Source of the DNA: an uncultured virus (IMG/VR IMGVR_UViG_3300023110_000026)
Taxonomy: Duplodnaviria; Heunggongvirae; Uroviricota; Caudoviricetes
Reading direction: 5' to 3' (one strand)
Length of the DNA: 20,000 nt
IMG/VR virus record: IMGVR_UViG_3300023110_000026
In this document: piece after piece, positions 16,251-20,000 of the stretch
Position numbering within the stretch: the first letter of the stretch is position 1
Layout: the number at the start of each line of letters is the position of its first letter
Made by a program: the position numbers and the translations under genes
The notes under the pieces: generated by a model
What the model was told of the DNA's origin: nothing
The model's input: the letters and a program-made list of their open reading frames with translations, nothing else
The model's database searches: none

Positions 16251-16267
16251 TTTTTTGTCTCTCCTTT

Positions 16268-17353
16268 TTAGTTTAATCCCGCTAATCTGCGGAGTTCAAT
16301 TAAGTTTGAAGTAGTATCTTCCTTAATTGTGTTTTCTTTATTGCCTGTGATTTCAACGCCTTCGTTTAACGCCTTTTTAACTTTTGGAGCCTTATCTTCC
16401 ATCACTGCTGGTAGATACTTCTCAAACGCTGTGTGCAACTTATTAGTTTGCACCGACTCCAAAAGTTCAGACATAATTTCTTTTTTGTCTTTACCCAATG
16501 GAGATAGCAACTCATTCATCACTGCTACTCTTTCTGCTTTGTCTTTAGCCGCAGTAATTTCTGCTTCCTTAGACTCAACAAGAGTTTCCTTCTCTGTGAT
16601 GGCTTTCTTAGCCTCTGCTAACGCTTCGTCTTTCTCTGAAACAAGTTTCATTAACTTCGCAGTTTCTGATTTCTCATTTAAGTAAGATGAACCATATTCA
16701 TTAGCAAACGCTTCGAAGATTTTTCTACCAAAGTGGTTTTCTCTAGAAGCCGTGATGTCTTCTTTGAGTTGTTTGATTTCTTCTGCCAACTTAGTGTTAA
16801 CAGCGTCCTCAACCACTTTAGCGGACTTAGCAACAAACTTAGATTTAAGTTCATTGAATTTTGATTTTGCTTCTTTAACAAGTTTAACCTTAGTTTCAGC
16901 AAGATCTCTTTTGTCAACTGCAAACTCGTTGATTTCTTTTGCAAGTGCTTTAACTACAAAGTCTTCGAGTTTTACAAAGTTTTCTGTGACTTTTTGACGG
17001 TCTTCATTTAACTCTGCAATTTCTTTGGTCAATTGCTTGAGCATAAACTCTTGCAATTTCTCAGAATGCTCTGAAACTTTCTTCTTATATTCAACTCTTG
17101 CTTCTGCAAGTGCCTTCTTATCTTCAGAAAACTCAGAAATTTCTGATTCCAAACGCTCGGAAACCATGCGATCAATTGCTTCAACCATGTTTTGTTTGTC
17201 ATGCTCGTAGCGATTTGCAAATTCTTCACGTAGTTCAGCAGTCACACTATCACGGTGTTCTTTAATCTTTTCGTCCCAAGCACCAGTAATTTGGTCTTTG
17301 ACCTCTTCACTGATAATTCCAGTTTCAAAAAGTTTATTAAAAACATCACTCAT
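16268..17353 (-). CDS. gp22: Prohead core scaffolding protein, gp22-like (361 aa)
   Basis: E/K-rich coiled coil between gp21 and gp23, with GRKIFEAF segment and many L/I-x-E candidate protease sites; SD AGGAG. Confidence 0.85.
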   Translation of the reverse strand: MSDVFNKLFETGIISEEVKDQITGAWDEKIKEHRDSVTAELREEFANRYEHDKQNMVEAIDRMVSERLESEISEFSEDKKALAEARVEYKKKVSEHSEKLQEFMLKQLTKEIAELNEDRQKVTENFVKLEDFVVKALAKEINEFAVDKRDLAETKVKLVKEAKSKFNELKSKFVAKSAKVVEDAVNTKLAEEIKQLKEDITASRENHFGRKIFEAFANEYGSSYLNEKSETAKLMKLVSEKDEALAEAKKAITEKETLVESKEAEITAAKDKAERVAVMNELLSPLGKDKKEIMSELLESVQTNKLHTAFEKYLPAVMEDKAPKVKKALNEGVEITGNKENTIKEDTTSNLIELRRLAGLN

Positions 17354-17369
17354 CGTGTTTCTCCTAATA

Positions 17370-17996
17370 TTACTTCAAGCCTTTAATGACTCTTAGCATT
17401 GCTTCTTTAAGATACTTTTGTGCTTTAGCATCTTGTTGTACCTCTGACGCAGTCCTAAACGCACTATAACCACCTCGTGTATTCATGATGTGTTCATAGA
17501 TTGGTGTAGGATATGCACCTGGGGCACTAGGTTGTGCTACCACGTCTACCGTGATAATTTCGAAATCGCTAACTTCGCCGTTAGACTCGTTAACATTTCC
17601 ACTACCCCTGCTGGATACACCTAGTTTAACTCCGCTTTGCAACATAGTTTCAACTAGTTTACCCATGGGAGTCGGCAAGATTTTCATCTTGCCAAACCCG
17701 TTAGGACCATCCATCCACATATCAGTAATCATATGCGATACACGATCCAAATTTACTTTCAAATCATCTGGGTGATCTACTTCACCTAGTACAGAATAAC
17801 CGCCTGAGATTTGATCCTTGAGTGTTTTAACAGCGTTGCCTATCTCGGAAACAGGGTACACACGCTGGTTAGCGTTTTTGACACCACCCTGAATACAGAT
17901 GCCTTTAAGATAGAGATCCTTGCTATCTCCATCTCCCTTTGACTCAAGGGTGACCTGTGCTTGGTCGAATGTCAAATTCTCACGTAAGTAAGCCAT
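17370..17996 (-). CDS. gp21: Prohead core protein protease, T4 gp21 family
   Basis: NANQRVYP, LGEVDHP (His), LGVSSRGSG (Ser), TVDVVAQPSAPGAYP (Asp) motifs; SD AAGGAG. Confidence 0.95.
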   Translation of the reverse strand: MAYLRENLTFDQAQVTLESKGDGDSKDLYLKGICIQGGVKNANQRVYPVSEIGNAVKTLKDQISGGYSVLGEVDHPDDLKVNLDRVSHMITDMWMDGPNGFGKMKILPTPMGKLVETMLQSGVKLGVSSRGSGNVNESNGEVSDFEIITVDVVAQPSAPGAYPTPIYEHIMNTRGGYSAFRTASEVQQDAKAQKYLKEAMLRVIKGLK

Positions 17997-18015
17997 GTGG
18001 CTTTCTCCTTAACAA

Positions 18016-18885
18016 TTATTCAGCACTCTTTGGTGCAGATGCTTTCTTAAAAGAGTCCCCCGCGTTAGCACCTGGTTCATTCTCGAAAGATTTTCCCATG
18101 TCCTTAACTTTTGGAGCACTACCGCCCTTTTCTTCACCACTTTGTGCAATGTTTTTACCATTAGCACCTGAGTCTTTACCACCTTTCGATGCTACAGGAC
18201 TCGTAGTGTTATCAGCGCCTTCTGAATTCGATGGTGCAGAAACCTTTTCAACATATTCTCTCATGGTTTCGCCAGCGGATTTACTTTTTGCACCCTCTTC
18301 AACTTCTTCACCATCTTCTTCTGTTGCTTCAAATGGTGCTTCAATTGCTTCTTCGGCTTCTTCTGATTCTTCTTCGTCGGCTTCAGGTGCTTCGTCTTCA
18401 CCTTCTTCTCCGCCGTTGTCGCCCATCATGGCTTCAAATTCTGCTTTAAGATCATCAAGTGCGTCTTCTAAGTCAACAACACGATCTTCAAGTTCTTCGT
18501 TTCCACCCATGTCAGCGTGGTGATCTTCTTCATCACCCATATCCATTTCAGGTTCGTCACCTGCTTCAACGTCATCAATCATGTCGTCAGCGGCATCTCC
18601 GCCTACTTCTTCAACTGATTCTTCGTCAAATGACTCATCTGTTTGTTCTTCTTCATCGTCTGATGCTTCAGCAACTTCCTCAACTGATTCCTCTACTTCA
18701 TCTTCTTTTTCTTCAGTAGACTCTTCAACTTCGTCTTCCTTTTCTGATTCATCAGATTCAATTAATCCTTGATAAATTTCTTTTGACTTCTCTACAACGA
18801 TATCATGGAATAAAGACTCGGCTTTATCCTGCTCTTCGTTGACAAGCAAGTCTAATAACTGTTCAAATTTAGTTTTATCAGACAT
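18016..18885 (-). CDS. Highly acidic prohead core/internal protein (positional analog of T4 gp67/gp68)
   Basis: Very D/E-rich, with helical N-terminus and short coiled coil LEDRVVDLEDALDDLKAEFEAMM; immediately upstream of gp21; SD AAGGAG. Confidence 0.7.
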   Translation of the reverse strand: MSDKTKFEQLLDLLVNEEQDKAESLFHDIVVEKSKEIYQGLIESDESEKEDEVEESTEEKEDEVEESVEEVAEASDDEEEQTDESFDEESVEEVGGDAADDMIDDVEAGDEPEMDMGDEEDHHADMGGNEELEDRVVDLEDALDDLKAEFEAMMGDNGGEEGEDEAPEADEEESEEAEEAIEAPFEATEEDGEEVEEGAKSKSAGETMREYVEKVSAPSNSEGADNTTSPVASKGGKDSGANGKNIAQSGEEKGGSAPKVKDMGKSFENEPGANAGDSFKKASAPKSAE

Positions 18886-18930
18886 CTTCTTATCTCCTTT
18901 AGTTTGTTAATTGGCAAGGCTGTCATAATA

Positions 18931-18938
18931 TATTTACA
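18931..18938 (-). promoter_or_regulatory. Late promoter -10 box (TGTAAATA) for the core-protease-scaffold-capsid operon
   Basis: TAAATA core 45 nt upstream of the 289-aa ATG, directly after a hairpin plus T-run. Confidence 0.65.
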
Positions 18939-18985
18939 AAAAAACCAGTTTTACCGGTACAAATAGGCCGAAAAACGCTAGTTTT
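18938..18985 (-). terminator. Probable intrinsic terminator after the 195-aa gene
   Basis: Minus strand AAAACTAG...TTTT-TCGG-(loop)-CCGG-T-AAAA-CTGGTTTT followed by more T; imperfect long hairpin. Confidence 0.5.
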
Positions 18986-18992
18986 ATCAATA

Positions 18993-19580
18993 TTACTTAT
19001 CTAATATGTTTTCGAATTCTTTATAAGTGATAGTTTTGTAGTTGCTATACGGTGCAAAATTGTTAGGATTATAACATTTCTTTGTTATAACACGTACAAA
19101 ACTAGTGCTAGAGTGTGCTTTTAGTATGGTTTCTGTTTGTCTTAACCAGTTTCCATAGTAGGTTGCAGGCTCGTGTGCGCCTTTGTAGTTGGGTGATCCT
19201 GCATAAATGTTGTTTACTCGCTTACCGCCTTCTAAACCAACATAATCAAACCCTAAAATATAGATAGTTTGACAGCCATCAGTGCAGGCTTTATTCAATG
19301 CTGTTGGTCCACTGCTCCATCCTTTGCTCGGATTAAAGTAATTTAAACCAACATATGTTTCGTATGCTTTGTTATAGTTGGTCCATACTTCTGTGTCGAA
19401 TTGTGCTCGTTTAGCAACTATTTCATGTACCATCTTAGGGTCAACTGCTATTAATACGTTGGGTAAAAACTCGCGATAAACGGCATTGCAGGCATACATT
19501 ATACCTTTATCAACAAGTTTATTAAGATCAAATTTTTTGCGGGACGTTCCGTTCCCTATTACAAAGCCTGTTCTGTGCAT
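18993..19580 (-). CDS. Rossmann-fold protein resembling the CstII-type sialyltransferase / Maf / MptE-like (DUF115) superfamily; putative glycosyltransferase
   Basis: FVIGNGTSR, YACNA, LIAVD, WSSG and IYILGFD motifs in the order typical of this superfamily. Confidence 0.65.
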   Translation of the reverse strand: MHRTGFVIGNGTSRKKFDLNKLVDKGIMYACNAVYREFLPNVLIAVDPKMVHEIVAKRAQFDTEVWTNYNKAYETYVGLNYFNPSKGWSSGPTALNKACTDGCQTIYILGFDYVGLEGGKRVNNIYAGSPNYKGAHEPATYYGNWLRQTETILKAHSSTSFVRVITKKCYNPNNFAPYSNYKTITYKEFENILDK

Positions 19581-19585
19581 TGTAA

Positions 19586-19593
19586 TATTTAAA
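19586..19593 (-). promoter_or_regulatory. Late promoter -10 box (TTTAAATA), 5 nt upstream of ATG
   Basis: Minus strand TTTAAATA-TTACA-ATG; no SD. Confidence 0.6.
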
Positions 19594-19604
19594 CGAAATA
19601 AAAA

Positions 19605-19853
19605 TTAAAGGCCTGTAGCCTGGTCTGCTGGTGGTTGACCGTACATTGTTTTTACAAACTCAACATCTTTTGCGTGTTCAAGTTCACGTGCTTCTGCTGT
19701 ACGTCTAATTTGATTAATTTGTGAAAGTTTTAATCTTGTTTTTCTTGTATCATCAGAACGGACCACTGAAATATCTCTTTCAGCATCGTATCTGTTATCG
19801 GTAGTAAATTTATTACCGTCAGTATCAAAATAAAAGAATTCTTTTAACAACAT
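19605..19853 (-). CDS. Hypothetical head-module protein (82 aa)
   Basis: ORF between the probable portal and the GT-like gene; basic helix RKTRLKLSQINQIRR; TAAATA 5 nt upstream of ATG. Confidence 0.75.
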   Translation of the reverse strand: MLLKEFFYFDTDGNKFTTDNRYDAERDISVVRSDDTRKTRLKLSQINQIRRTAEARELEHAKDVEFVKTMYGQPPADQATGL

Positions 19854-19858
19854 AAAAC

Positions 19859-19866
19859 TATTTACC
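19859..19866 (-). promoter_or_regulatory. Late promoter -10 box (GGTAAATA), 5 nt upstream of ATG
   Basis: Minus strand GGTAAATA-GTTTT-ATG. Confidence 0.6.
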
Positions 19867-19868
19867 TT

Positions 19869-20000
19869 CTATGCGCCTGGAGTGCCGCCTGGTGGTGGTG
19901 GTGTTGCTCCGCCTTCGCCTCCGCCTGCTGGAGTAGTATCTCCGCCTTCTTCTGCTGGTGGTGGTGCTTCTGCATCTGGTGATGCATCACCAAGATTATC
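19869..20000 (-). CDS. C-terminal 43 aa of an upstream gene, probably the low-complexity tail of the portal protein (gp20-like)
   Basis: Translation DNLGDASPDAEAPPPAEEGGDTTPAGGGEGGATPPPPGGTPGA*, TAG at 19871-19869. Portal identity rests only on T4-type synteny (20-67-68-21-22-23). Confidence 0.55.
   Translation of the reverse strand, partial: DNLGDASPDAEAPPPAEEGGDTTPAGGGEGGATPPPPGGTPGA

Noticed and set aside
322..18772. Plus-strand ORFs in the track (e.g. 322..597, 5001..5336, 10499..10834, 16329..16685, 17957..18523) and short alternative-frame minus ORFs (3703..3915, 5530..5724, 6364..6702, 16678..16944, 17029..17229)
   Set aside because: All lie within longer, motif-supported minus-strand genes, lack SD or promoter support, and have the composition expected of antisense or frame-shifted shadows.
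1..20000. Stop-codon reassignment (alternative genetic code)
   Set aside because: Genes are long and uninterrupted in the standard code, and TAG ends genes at 8479, 13159 and 19869 with the next gene starting shortly after.
1..20000. CRISPR array, diversity-generating retroelement, intron/intein or IS element
   Set aside because: No regularly spaced nucleotide repeats, no near-identical TR/VR pair, and no reverse transcriptase, homing endonuclease or transposase motifs seen. The repeats are diverged and visible only at protein level.
19869..20000. GGT/CCA-rich repeats and raised GC at the right edge as a repeat element or foreign DNA
   Set aside because: Explained by Pro/Gly codons in a low-complexity protein tail.

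Overview
This is an AT-rich segment of a large tailed-phage genome with T4-like head genes. All credible genes are on the minus strand in the standard code (TAG and TAA both used as stops). In transcription order (right to left): the Pro/Gly/acidic tail of a probable portal gene; an 82-aa protein; a CstII/Maf/MptE-like Rossmann-fold protein; an acidic prohead core-like protein; prohead protease gp21; scaffold gp22; a short (390-aa) major capsid protein gp23; small 91-aa and 148-aa genes; then a fibre/adhesin-like cluster (309, 114, 162, 1228, 109, 115 and 2194 aa, plus a CBM5/12-repeat gene running off the left edge that the ORF track misses). Regulatory signals are T4-type late -10 boxes (TAAATA) and intrinsic terminators. 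The most notable observations are: (i) two structured RNA leaders that start at predicted late start sites, one a 78-nt tRNA-sized four-way junction; (ii) three genes with TAAATA exactly 5 nt before ATG and no SD, i.e. predicted leaderless mRNAs; (iii) no AGCT, GCWGC or GTWAC found by manual scan of 20 kb, with synonymous recoding of Ala-Ala and Val-Thr pairs; (iv) a glycosyltransferase-like gene inside the head module; (v) fibre proteins built by inserting domains into a shared scaffold. All homology calls come from motif recognition by eye, and no searches were run.
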